A DNA stretch of 64,000 nucleotides. Origin: an uncultured Bacteroidales bacterium (lineage in GTDB: Bacteria; Bacteroidota; Bacteroidia; Bacteroidales; B18-G4). Shown piece after piece: positions 1 to 8,372 of this stretch (the first letter of the stretch is position 1; every line of letters begins with the position of its first letter). The notes under the pieces are model-generated. The model was not told the DNA's origin and did no database searches. It saw nothing but the letters and a program-made list of their open reading frames with translations. The position numbers and the translations under genes were made by a program. The DNA lies in NCBI GenBank assembly GCA_964531985.1, contig CAZHFC010000001.1:124871-188870 (forward strand), given 5' to 3'.

Positions 1-8
1 CCGTCTGA

Positions 9-1040
9 TCATTCGCTCAGGATGATGATGCCGCTGACAGCGCCGTTTTCGTCGTATTCCCTGATGAGGCTGTGCCGGTGATCGCCCAGCAGGCTGAAGC
101 CCTGCAGTCCGAGGTCGGCGAGATCCCAGACCGTAAAGCCGTCCTTGTCACTCATTTGATTGCGGGGGCTGCCGGCGGAAAAGGCTCCGGTGATTTTGCC
201 GAAGAAACCGGTAATGAGTTTACCTGCCAGGCTTTTGTCGTTCACCCCTGTATTTTGTATAGCCGGCCGGCCGGTTTCCCATCCGGTGGAGGCGAATATC
301 TCATTCCTGTATGCCAGGCCTGGTGCCATGGCTGATACGGCTGGATGACCTTCGATCATTGCAGGCCGCAACATGGCCATTTTTTCGGGCTGATGGGTTT
401 GCCTTTTCATTGCCGGCCACATCACGGAGGGGATTTCCCTGGCCTGCAGCCGGGAAGCGGGGTTTGCCCGGATCATCATCACGGGCCTGACAGAGGCCAG
501 CCGTTCCAGGCTGTATGCTTCAATGCCTGCAGGCTTGCTGAGAAAGAATATCAGGCTGAAAATGCCGATGGCAAACAGGATAACTGCGGCAACGGCCAGG
601 CTTGCGCGGCGAAAAAGGGGAAGCACCGGGACTTTCTTCAGCCTTTTCTTTCCGGGGAACACCAGGCCGGGGTCGGCGGATAAACGGACAGCCAGGTATT
701 GACGGTATTGTTTTTTCAGATCAGCATGATCTGCCATTTCCTTTAACAATGCTTCCGATTCTCCGGCAGGCAGGTCGCCTTCTGCCATGGCAATGAGGCG
801 GTATTCGTCTGATGTCTTTTCTTCTTCAGCGGTCTGCCGTTTGAGAAAGTCTTTATTGCCCAAACTGATACCGGCATCAGGCCAAAGCTGCGGAAAACCG
901 CTTTTCAGGCCGTTGAACTCCTCTCTCAGCCAGGGATGGGTATCGAGAAAGGCCTCCAGCCTGCGGCATTCTTCCGCCGACAACCTGCCTTCGTGGTAGT
1001 CGAGGAAATATGCTTCATAATTATGTAGCGTCAGCGGCAT
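9..1040 (-). CDS. putative anti-sigma factor / membrane regulator coupled to ECF sigma
   Basis: 343-aa ORF starting 1 nt after the stop of the upstream ECF sigma gene on the same strand. One central hydrophobic helix (ASLAVAAVILFAIGIFSLIFFL). The N-terminal segment YEAYFLDYHEGRLSAEECRRLEAFL resembles sigma-coupled regulators. Function is inferred mainly from position. Confidence 0.5.
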   Translation of the reverse strand: MPLTLHNYEAYFLDYHEGRLSAEECRRLEAFLDTHPWLREEFNGLKSGFPQLWPDAGISLGNKDFLKRQTAEEEKTSDEYRLIAMAEGDLPAGESEALLKEMADHADLKKQYRQYLAVRLSADPGLVFPGKKRLKKVPVLPLFRRASLAVAAVILFAIGIFSLIFFLSKPAGIEAYSLERLASVRPVMMIRANPASRLQAREIPSVMWPAMKRQTHQPEKMAMLRPAMIEGHPAVSAMAPGLAYRNEIFASTGWETGRPAIQNTGVNDKSLAGKLITGFFGKITGAFSAGSPRNQMSDKDGFTVWDLADLGLQGFSLLGDHRHSLIREYDENGAVSGIIILSE

Positions 1041-1041
1041 G

Positions 1042-1527
1042 TCAGATAACCAGTTCGGGATTTACAATATAATTTTTAAGAAATGTGCGTGCCCGGTAAA
1101 TATAAACCTTCACCTGCGATTCGTTCAGCCCCGTGATCTCACCGATCTCCCTGTAGGAATAACCTTCGTAGTCGCGCAGCAACACCACCGAACGCTGTAC
1201 CTCGCTGAGCCTGCCCAGGGCTTCGTCGAGGACTTCCTTCAGGTCGTTGTAGGTACCCGTATCACGGCCGGCCGGCTCGGGAAGGTCTTCCATTTGCCTG
1301 TTGTGTTGTTTTTTCCTGATCAGGTCGATCATGGTATGGTAAGCAGTGGTGAAAAGATAGGACTTACCCTTGCCGGCACCGACAGCATGACGGTTTCGCC
1401 ATAGCTTTTCGAAAGCGTCCTGCACCACATCGCGTGCATCCTCCGCATCCTTCAGGTTTTTGAGTATGAACCTGTACACCCCGTCGGCATGGCTGTCGAC
1501 ACAGCAGTTGTATTCATTAAGGGTCAT
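1042..1527 (-). CDS. RNA polymerase ECF-type sigma-70 factor
   Basis: 161 aa. Region 2 (DAEDARDVVQDAFEKLWRNR, YLFTTAYHTMIDLIRK) and region 4 HTH (SYREIGEITGLNESQVKVYIYRARTFL). Confidence 0.9.
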   Translation of the reverse strand: MTLNEYNCCVDSHADGVYRFILKNLKDAEDARDVVQDAFEKLWRNRHAVGAGKGKSYLFTTAYHTMIDLIRKKQHNRQMEDLPEPAGRDTGTYNDLKEVLDEALGRLSEVQRSVVLLRDYEGYSYREIGEITGLNESQVKVYIYRARTFLKNYIVNPELVI

Positions 1528-1546
1528 CCGGGCTTAATTCTGTCCT

Positions 1547-1554
1547 CAAATTTA
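1547..1554 (-). promoter_or_regulatory. candidate Bacteroidota -7 promoter box (TAAATTTG on minus strand) for the ECF sigma operon
   Basis: The minus strand reads cattAAATTTGagg, matching TAnnTTTG, about 20 nt upstream of the ATG at 1527. Confidence 0.35.
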
Positions 1555-1902
1555 ATGATAAGACGGATACCTGAAGTGAAAGTTACAGGGCTCATATGGC
1601 CTGTTCCGAATGTAGCGGATATTGCTGCATTGTGTCTTGCGGTATTGTTATATGTTATATTGTTAAATGGTTTAATTTGTTCGGCGATTCATTTTTATTT
1701 CGCCTCGCTCATTGATAGACAGTTTCGACAACGCTGATCACTCGATTCTCAAAGTCTGTATGTCTTACCACCTCATGAACCTGAATCAGCCGGACCAGCG
1801 TCAGGGACTTCATTTTTTTACCTGGCCCGGGATTTTGGATTGCCCGCCGCAACATAATCAGATTATTCTTATCTTCACTTGCTAAAACTAAAACCAGGAA
1901 CG

Positions 1903-3231
1903 ATGAAAAGAAAGAATTTTTTAATGATCTTAATGATCCCGTCCTTGATGATGAGTGCGACAGGCCAGACGACAAGCATTGATCTTACTTTTACCGCTGT
2001 CGACAGCCTTGCCTGGGTGCAACTCGACAGCATCAGGGTGGTGAACCTTACACAAGGGGGGGATACAGTATTGTATTGGCCCGATACGGTGCTGACAGTT
2101 CATTATGTCGGGATTTCTGAACCCGGTGATGATTTGAATGGATTCCGGGTGTTTCAGAACCATCCCAATCCTGTGACCGAACAGACAAGCATTCTGCTGT
2201 ACATACCGGATAAGGACAGGGTGAGCATGCTTGTTACGGACCTGACGGGCCGGGTCGCTTTCAGATATGAAAGGGTACTGGACAAAGGCATGCATTCCAT
2301 GCGTTTCATCCCGGGCAGCGGCAACCTTTATTTTTTTACGGCCGGTTGGCGCGGGAAAACCGGCAGTATCAAGATCCTTATGGCAGGTGCCGGGGGATCG
2401 GGCAAGATTTCTCTTGAATATGCCGGAAATGCGGAGTATTTGCCGGAACAGAAGGCCATGCAGGCAGTTCAGGCTTTTACATACGCCCCCGGCGATGAAC
2501 TGCTGTATACAGGCCATGCCAATGGTCTTGAATCCGGAATGCAGGATATTCCGCCAGAAAGCCGGACTTATACTTTCCAGTTTGCTACCAATATCCTTTG
2601 CCCCGGATCACCGGTGGTTGAATACGAGGGATATGAATACAAAACCATCCAGATCTTCAACCAATGCTGGTTGAATGAAAACCTCAGGGCAGGCACCATG
2701 ATCAGCGGAACAGAGGAGATGAGTGACGATGGTATTATTGAAAAATACTGTTATAATGATGACCCTGCCCTGTGTTCCGGTTATGGCGGCCTCTATCAAT
2801 GGGATGAGGCCATGCAGTATGCAACGCAGCAAGGTGCCCGCGGGATTTGTCCGCCGGGCTGGCATGTCCCCTCCGATGATGAATGGAAAATCCTTGAGGG
2901 GATGGTCGACAGCCAATACGGGATCGGAGATCCCCTGTGGAACTCAATTGACTATCGCGGCCATGATGCAGGAACGAACCTGCGTTCCACCTATGGGTGG
3001 TTCGGGGGCACCGGTACAAATCTTTATGGTTTTACTGCCTTGCCCGGTGGTGTCAGGAGTGAAGATGGCAGTTTCGGTGGAGCCGTATACAGCGGAACCT
3101 GGTGGACATCCACCCAAACCGATATGGAAAATGCCTGGCAACATGGCATTGGTTACGCCAATACGGGTTTGTATCACGGTTATGTTATGAAAGAAAGAGG
3201 GTTTAGCGTGCGTTGCCTCAGGGATGACTGA
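1903..3231 (+). CDS. FISUMP (Fibrobacter succinogenes major paralogous) domain protein with signal peptide and an internal T9SS-CTD-like segment
   Basis: ATG at 1903 gives MKRKNFLMILMIPSLMMSATGQ; the ORF track starts earlier, at TTG 1879. The C-terminal roughly 210 aa carry FISUMP hallmarks: CWLNENL, YGGLYQWDEAMQ, CPPGWHVPSDDEWKILE, GFTALPGGVRSEDGSF, TWWTST, GFSVRCLRDD. Confidence 0.8.
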   Translation: MKRKNFLMILMIPSLMMSATGQTTSIDLTFTAVDSLAWVQLDSIRVVNLTQGGDTVLYWPDTVLTVHYVGISEPGDDLNGFRVFQNHPNPVTEQTSILLYIPDKDRVSMLVTDLTGRVAFRYERVLDKGMHSMRFIPGSGNLYFFTAGWRGKTGSIKILMAGAGGSGKISLEYAGNAEYLPEQKAMQAVQAFTYAPGDELLYTGHANGLESGMQDIPPESRTYTFQFATNILCPGSPVVEYEGYEYKTIQIFNQCWLNENLRAGTMISGTEEMSDDGIIEKYCYNDDPALCSGYGGLYQWDEAMQYATQQGARGICPPGWHVPSDDEWKILEGMVDSQYGIGDPLWNSIDYRGHDAGTNLRSTYGWFGGTGTNLYGFTALPGGVRSEDGSFGGAVYSGTWWTSTQTDMENAWQHGIGYANTGLYHGYVMKERGFSVRCLRDD

Positions 3232-3473
3232 CAATTTGAATATACCTCATTACAAGGCGAAGATATCTGTAATGTCTGTACCGTGAATGCTTGAATCAAT
3301 GAATACGTGATCGATACCCGGTTTTAGCGTTTAATCCCTGATCCCTCCGGGTAATTCATTATTCCCGTCTCAAAGCCTTTCCATACGGTTGATAATCCGT
3401 GAACAGGATGTTTTTGTCCTGCAATCCGGTTCATTTCTTTCTGCCGGAGGGCCCGCTCCGGAACATGTGCGGG

Positions 3474-3869
3474 TTATGCTTTTCCTGATTTGCCTTCACT
3501 TGCAATCTTGTTCAGATCATGAAACGCTTTCCGGAACAAGCCTTGCAGGGCACGATCGGCTTCGGCATAAAGATTGTCGAACAGTTTCACAATGTCTTCT
3601 CCTTCTTGTGTCAGAACCGTTTCGCCCCCTTTGATTCCACCCCGTTTTTTTTCAATCAGCCTAAATCCGAGGTTTTTCTCGATTTTTTTTAGGTTTCCCC
3701 AGGTTTGCCTGTATGCGTAACCCATACTCTCAACGGCTGCTTTCAGGGAACCCGTGTCTCTGATCATCTTCAGCAATTTCCATTTTCCTTCACCCAGAAT
3801 GCTGATGTTGTCACAGGTTTCAATCCAGAATTTATACTTTAGCTGTAAGGAGACTTCTTTCGTTTTCAT
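3474..3869 (-). CDS. ModE N-terminal-like winged-helix transcriptional regulator (no Mop/TOBE domain)
   Basis: The likely start is the internal ATG at 3869 (MKTKEVSLQLKYKFWIE); the ORF track begins at 3959. GEGKWKLLKMIRDTGSLKAAVESMGYAYRQTWGNLKKIEKNLGFRLIEKKRGG-GGETVLTQEG matches the ModE/LysR-type HTH pattern. It is divergent from the Mo/W transporter operon. Confidence 0.6.
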   Translation of the reverse strand: MKTKEVSLQLKYKFWIETCDNISILGEGKWKLLKMIRDTGSLKAAVESMGYAYRQTWGNLKKIEKNLGFRLIEKKRGGIKGGETVLTQEGEDIVKLFDNLYAEADRALQGLFRKAFHDLNKIASEGKSGKA

Positions 3870-4035
3870 GCCATAGAATATTTTTGTTTCAAACAAAGCT
3901 AATGATTTGCGGTAAGGTACAATACACGGCCTATCGAAATATTTACCGGTTTTTATCATATGTTCTTCGGAGATTTAAAAAAAAGCTGCAATTTTGCGAG
4001 TTGCATAATATAACATTTCGAAACGGAATTTTGTG

Positions 4036-5136
4036 ATGAAAAAACTACTATTGACTTTTCTGGGTTTACTGTTTGTTGTTGCCCTGATAGGCTTTCTCGG
4101 CAAGTCGCATTTTTTTTGGCCGGATGCCCTGAGCGGTGCCAGTTTTTCAATGGAAACCAATGGCAACAGCCTGTACCATCAAACAGAGATCAGGCCGCTT
4201 ACTGTGGGGAGCATTGAAGTGACGGGTGAAGTGGAAAACCCTGGATTGGTCCACCTGAATGAGTTCTATAAACGGGAAGTTTATGTTAAAGAGCTGATCC
4301 AGGATGAGGACGGGATCCCACATTTCAGAGGAGCTTTCAGGTATCAGGGATATGCGCTTTTCGATATCCTGCATCCTTACAGGCTTGCCAAGGAAAATTC
4401 GGAATTATTCCCACCAGTTATCGATCTGTATGTAGTCATCTCAAATGCGTCAGGTAAATCTGTCGCTTTCAGCTGGTCTGAAATTTTTCACACTGCACAG
4501 CCATATCAGATCATACTTGCTGCCGGGGTAGCCCCGATAGAACCCAAAAAGGTAAAGCCTGATTATGAGACCGGCAAGGTATGGCGGGTTGTGGCTGCAG
4601 GAGATTTTTATGCTTTCCGCATACTTGATGATCCCGTCAGTATTGCCATTTATTCATTCAGTGAAAAGGATTACCCGGTAAACCGTGATCTGAAACCATT
4701 GTTCAGCCCGAGGATCAGTGTGACGGGAGCGGAGGTGGAGGATTTTGTTATTTCGCCTTCTGCTGACAGCAGTACTTTTATCAGTTACAGGACGGGTTTT
4801 TATGGCATGGGTATGGGCTATCATGACCAAAAAGTGTTTTCGGGTCCGGGACTTGCAGGAATGCTGGAGGAGTCGATGGAATTGAGCAACCCGGACATGA
4901 TGCGTAACGGACTCGTTTGTTTTGCCGGTGCCGACGGTTATCGCGCCGTATACAGTTACAGTGAATTGTTTAACAGGGCGGATCATGCAGCCCCCATTCT
5001 GTCGGTCAGTATTGATCCGATGAATGGCGGGTTTTACAGGATATTTCTTCCCGCTGATTTTTATGCCGACAGGTGTGTGAAGGCAGTGGCGGAAATTTTC
5101 TTTTTTAAAGGCAGGTTTGAAAAACAGATATTATGA
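4036..5136 (+). CDS. membrane-anchored protein of unknown function with two similar halves, first gene of the Mo/W transporter operon
   Basis: N-terminal hydrophobic helix (KKLLLTFLGLLFVVALIGFLG). Two segments share motif order (IEVTGEVENPGLVHL ... WRVVAAGDFYAFRILDDPVSIAIYS and ISVTGAEVEDFVIS ... FAGADGYRAVYSYSEL ... GGFYRIFLPADFYADRCVKAVAEIFF). Its stop overlaps the next start (ATGATGA). Confidence 0.6.
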   Translation: MKKLLLTFLGLLFVVALIGFLGKSHFFWPDALSGASFSMETNGNSLYHQTEIRPLTVGSIEVTGEVENPGLVHLNEFYKREVYVKELIQDEDGIPHFRGAFRYQGYALFDILHPYRLAKENSELFPPVIDLYVVISNASGKSVAFSWSEIFHTAQPYQIILAAGVAPIEPKKVKPDYETGKVWRVVAAGDFYAFRILDDPVSIAIYSFSEKDYPVNRDLKPLFSPRISVTGAEVEDFVISPSADSSTFISYRTGFYGMGMGYHDQKVFSGPGLAGMLEESMELSNPDMMRNGLVCFAGADGYRAVYSYSELFNRADHAAPILSVSIDPMNGGFYRIFLPADFYADRCVKAVAEIFFFKGRFEKQIL

Positions 5137-6152
5137 TGAATGGCTGGTTTTTGAATATCATGATGATCAGAAGAACAGGGTTGGTGAAGCGATCCTTGCA
5201 GATGATGATACTGCTGGCATCGATCCTGTCCGGATGCAGCCCGAACCCTGAAAAATCAGGGGATCATAAAGAAAGGAACCGTCTTGTTATTTTTCATGCC
5301 GGCAGCATGTCGGTTCCCCTAAAAGCAATCATTGCCGGATACAAAGCCGAAAACCCGGATGTGACTATTCTCACGGAGGCTGCCGGCAGCCGGGAAGCTG
5401 CCAGGAAGATCTCTGAGCTGAAGAAACCCTGCGACATCCTGATATCTGCCGACTACAGGGTGATCAATGACCTGCTTGTTCCGGAGTATGCTGCCTGGAG
5501 CATTGGCTTTGCAAGCAATGAAATGGTTATTGCCTTTAACCACCGATCGGAATATGGACAGGAGATCAGCAGCCACAACTGGCATGATGTTCTGATGCGC
5601 GACGGGATCAGACTGGGCCGCTCCGAACCGGAATCGGATCCATGCGGCTACCGCACAGTGATCACGCTCAGGCTTGCCGATATGCATTACGGCCTGGCAG
5701 GCCTCAGTGATCAGTTGCTGGACCGGAGCGCCAGGTATATCCGGCCTAAAGAAACAGATTTGCTGGCCCTGCTCGAAACCGGCCATCTCGATTACATTTT
5801 TATTTACCGATCGGTTGCCGGGCAGCATAAATTACCCTATGTTTTACTGCCCGACGAGATCAACCTGAAAAATGCAGCCATGGCCCCCGTTTACCGGGAA
5901 GCAGTGGTTAGGCTCAGGGGAAAGACCCCGGGCGATACAATTATAGTGCGGGGAGAACCGATGGTTTACGGTTTAACCATTCCCTACGGCACCATGAATC
6001 CCGGGTCCGCCGAAAAATTTCTTGAGTTTTTCCTGCACCCCGATAAAGGGATGAGGATACTGGAAGAGCTCGGACAGCCGCCACTTTCACCGATGATCTT
6101 TACTTATGAAGCAGAGATCCCAGTATCCCTGAAACAATTTCTGTTTCCCTAA
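5133..6152 (+). CDS. molybdate/tungstate ABC transporter substrate-binding lipoprotein (WtpA/ModA-like)
   Basis: Lipobox LLASILSGC. LVIFHAGSMSVPL, TEAAGSREAARKI, DILISADY and SEPESDPCGYRT follow the pattern of WtpA-type oxyanion-binding proteins. The exact start is uncertain. Confidence 0.75.
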   Translation: MMNGWFLNIMMIRRTGLVKRSLQMMILLASILSGCSPNPEKSGDHKERNRLVIFHAGSMSVPLKAIIAGYKAENPDVTILTEAAGSREAARKISELKKPCDILISADYRVINDLLVPEYAAWSIGFASNEMVIAFNHRSEYGQEISSHNWHDVLMRDGIRLGRSEPESDPCGYRTVITLRLADMHYGLAGLSDQLLDRSARYIRPKETDLLALLETGHLDYIFIYRSVAGQHKLPYVLLPDEINLKNAAMAPVYREAVVRLRGKTPGDTIIVRGEPMVYGLTIPYGTMNPGSAEKFLEFFLHPDKGMRILEELGQPPLSPMIFTYEAEIPVSLKQFLFP

Positions 6153-6183
6153 AGTGTTATTCATATACTGACGCTATTGAAAT

Positions 6184-6972
6184 ATGCAGCCATTGCACAC
6201 CCGCCATAACACTTTTTCCCTTTTGATGACCTTCATGGGGGGCCTGGCAATGCTGTTCATTGCAGCGCCGGTTTTCGGGATCCTGTTTAAAACCGGATTT
6301 CCGGAATTGAAAGAGGCTTTGATCGACCGTAATGTGACATTAAGCATTTCACGCACACTTGCTATCTCTTTTGCAGCAACATTATTCTTCGGGCTCTTTT
6401 CCATACCGCTGGCGTGGATATTCAGTCGCAGGAATTTCAGGGGTAAGCGGCTTCTTCGGGGGTTGGTGAATATCCCCATAATCATTCCCCATTCAGCAGC
6501 CGGTATTGCCCTGCTGTCCGTGCTGTCGTCGGGCAGGACAAGCTCAGGCTTTGCTGCCGACCTGATCGGTACGCCCGCCGGGATCGCCCTGGCCATGGCT
6601 TTTGTGAGCATCCCCTTCCTGATCAATGCCGCCATTGACGGGTTCTCGGCGGTTCCTGAACGGCTCGAAAAGGCAGCGCTCAACCTCGGGGCTTCCCCTG
6701 CCAGGGTATTTTTTACCATCTCCCTGCCACTTGCATGGCGTCAGATACTCACCGGTGCCATCATGATGTTTGGCAGGGGGATGAGTGAATTTGGCGCCGT
6801 GATCATCATCGCATACCATCCCATGACAGTGCCGGTACTGATTTATGAACGCTTTACCAGCTTTGGTCTGGCCTATGCCAGACCGGTGGCGGTGATCTTT
6901 ATTGTTATTTCCCTGCTGGTGTTCGTGGTGTTAAGACTCATTCCCCATCCCGATAAAAAGCAACAACAATGA
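6184..6972 (+). CDS. ABC transporter permease (ModB/WtpB-like)
   Basis: 262 aa with multiple TM helices. Typical binding-protein-dependent permease loop (LEKAALNLGASPARVFFTISLPL). It overlaps the downstream ATPase gene by 4 nt. Confidence 0.85.
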   Translation: MQPLHTRHNTFSLLMTFMGGLAMLFIAAPVFGILFKTGFPELKEALIDRNVTLSISRTLAISFAATLFFGLFSIPLAWIFSRRNFRGKRLLRGLVNIPIIIPHSAAGIALLSVLSSGRTSSGFAADLIGTPAGIALAMAFVSIPFLINAAIDGFSAVPERLEKAALNLGASPARVFFTISLPLAWRQILTGAIMMFGRGMSEFGAVIIIAYHPMTVPVLIYERFTSFGLAYARPVAVIFIVISLLVFVVLRLIPHPDKKQQQ

Positions 6973-8048
6973 AAGCAGTTTCCAACCCGGTATTGCAGGT
7001 AAAAGGCCTTTCGGTTCATTTCGAAGGATTCAGCCTGAGGGATGTTTCATTCGATGTTGCGGCGGGTGAATATTTTGTGATCCTGGGACTGTCGGGTGCG
7101 GGTAAAACGGTGATCATGGAGGCCATTGCAGGGCTTATCCCGTGCAAAGGCGGTATCATCGTTTTGAACGGGCTCGATATTACCCATGCGCCCATAGGCA
7201 AAAGGCGGGTGGGTTTATTGTTCCAGGATTATGCTATTTTCCCTCACCTCAGCGTGTATGGAAACATAGCCTATGCCTTGCGCTCAATGGGATTTAGCCG
7301 GAGCGATACCGGCCGCAGGGTGGCTGAGCTGGCTGAAGATGCCGGCATCACACATCTGTTGCGGCGCAAACCGCAGACCCTTTCCGGGGGTGAACTGCAG
7401 CGGGTTGCCCTCTGCCGTACCCTCGCACATGACCCGGAGGTGCTGCTGCTGGATGAACCATTTTCCGCACTCGATGTCGCTAAGAAAGATGAGTTCCGTA
7501 ACATTCTCCGGTCCATTAACAAATCTGGAAAAACCATCCTGCATATTACACATGACTTCCATGAGGCGATATCGCTGGCCCACAGAATAGCCGTGATCGA
7601 AAATGGCACACTGGTGCAAACCGGCACCCCGGAAGAAATTTTTCGCTTTCCTGCAAGCGACTTCATTGCGAAGCTCTCGGGTGTGAGGAATTTTTATCCC
7701 GCCCGGTCGGAAGGCGACAGAAATATAAAGCTTTCTAATGGCAGCGTGCTGATATGCGTAAAAGAAACCCCGGGCGCGGAAGGTTATGTAATGATCAGTC
7801 CTGCCGGGGTAGTCCTCTCGGAGATACCCCTCAGCTCAAGTATGGCCAATAATTTAACCGGCATCATCGCAAATTGTTTCTATACTCCCAATGGTTATGA
7901 AGTTGAGGTGGATGCCGGATTCATGATCACGGCCATCATAAGCCCGCAATCTTTTGAGAAACTGAATATTCATCCGGGAAAACCCATTCATGTGGCGTTT
8001 AAGGCATCCGCCGTCCACTTCGTGCCATCATCTGCCGGACCTTTCTGA
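6969..8048 (+). CDS. ABC transporter ATP-binding protein with C-terminal TOBE/Mop-like domain (ModC/WtpC-like)
   Basis: Walker A GLSGAGKT, signature LSGGELQR, Walker B LLLLDEP, plus a C-terminal extension of about 120 aa after the ATPase core. Confidence 0.9.
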   Translation: MKAVSNPVLQVKGLSVHFEGFSLRDVSFDVAAGEYFVILGLSGAGKTVIMEAIAGLIPCKGGIIVLNGLDITHAPIGKRRVGLLFQDYAIFPHLSVYGNIAYALRSMGFSRSDTGRRVAELAEDAGITHLLRRKPQTLSGGELQRVALCRTLAHDPEVLLLDEPFSALDVAKKDEFRNILRSINKSGKTILHITHDFHEAISLAHRIAVIENGTLVQTGTPEEIFRFPASDFIAKLSGVRNFYPARSEGDRNIKLSNGSVLICVKETPGAEGYVMISPAGVVLSEIPLSSSMANNLTGIIANCFYTPNGYEVEVDAGFMITAIISPQSFEKLNIHPGKPIHVAFKASAVHFVPSSAGPF

Positions 8049-8313
8049 TATACAGAATTAAAAGTTCTGTAATCCATGCCTGAGTATTATATTTTTCGCC
8101 CCCGGCAAATTTTTGTTTTTCAGAAAGCTTGCGTATTTTTACATTTCCCGGCAGGGAAACAAAGGCCGGAGAATGATAGAATGATTATAAATTAGGTGTT
8201 GACCATAAAGACTTGATTTGCTATAGTATTGTTTAATAGGTTTGTAAAAAAATGACTTATACCGGCAGCAAAGAAGGTTGTTGTTTTAATATTATTATAT
8301 GTAGATTATTAGA

Positions 8314-8321
8314 TAAATTTG
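8314..8321 (+). promoter_or_regulatory. candidate -7 promoter box TAAATTTG upstream of the octaheme cytochrome gene
   Basis: agaTAAATTTGtc matches TAnnTTTG, about 50 nt upstream of ATG 8373. Confidence 0.3.
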
Positions 8322-8372
8322 TCTTGTGAACAGCAGAAATCCACAAAACCAAAGGGCATAAACAAAAAGAAC

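Noticed and set aside
1709-1975. An 88-aa minus-strand ORF in the gap between the ECF sigma and FISUMP genes.
   Set aside because: It overlaps the FISUMP start and signal peptide. Its N-terminal part is low-complexity and Ser-rich, and it has no motif or promoter context. It is most likely a spurious intergenic ORF.
8049-8313. The 265-nt gap between modC/wtpC and the cytochrome gene was examined for a Moco riboswitch or sRNA.
   Set aside because: It contains only short AT-rich hairpins (ACAGAA-ttaaaag-TTCTGT; CCGGC...GCCGG). I could not recognise the conserved Moco-riboswitch core by eye. A covariance-model scan (Rfam RF01055) would be needed before making any claim.
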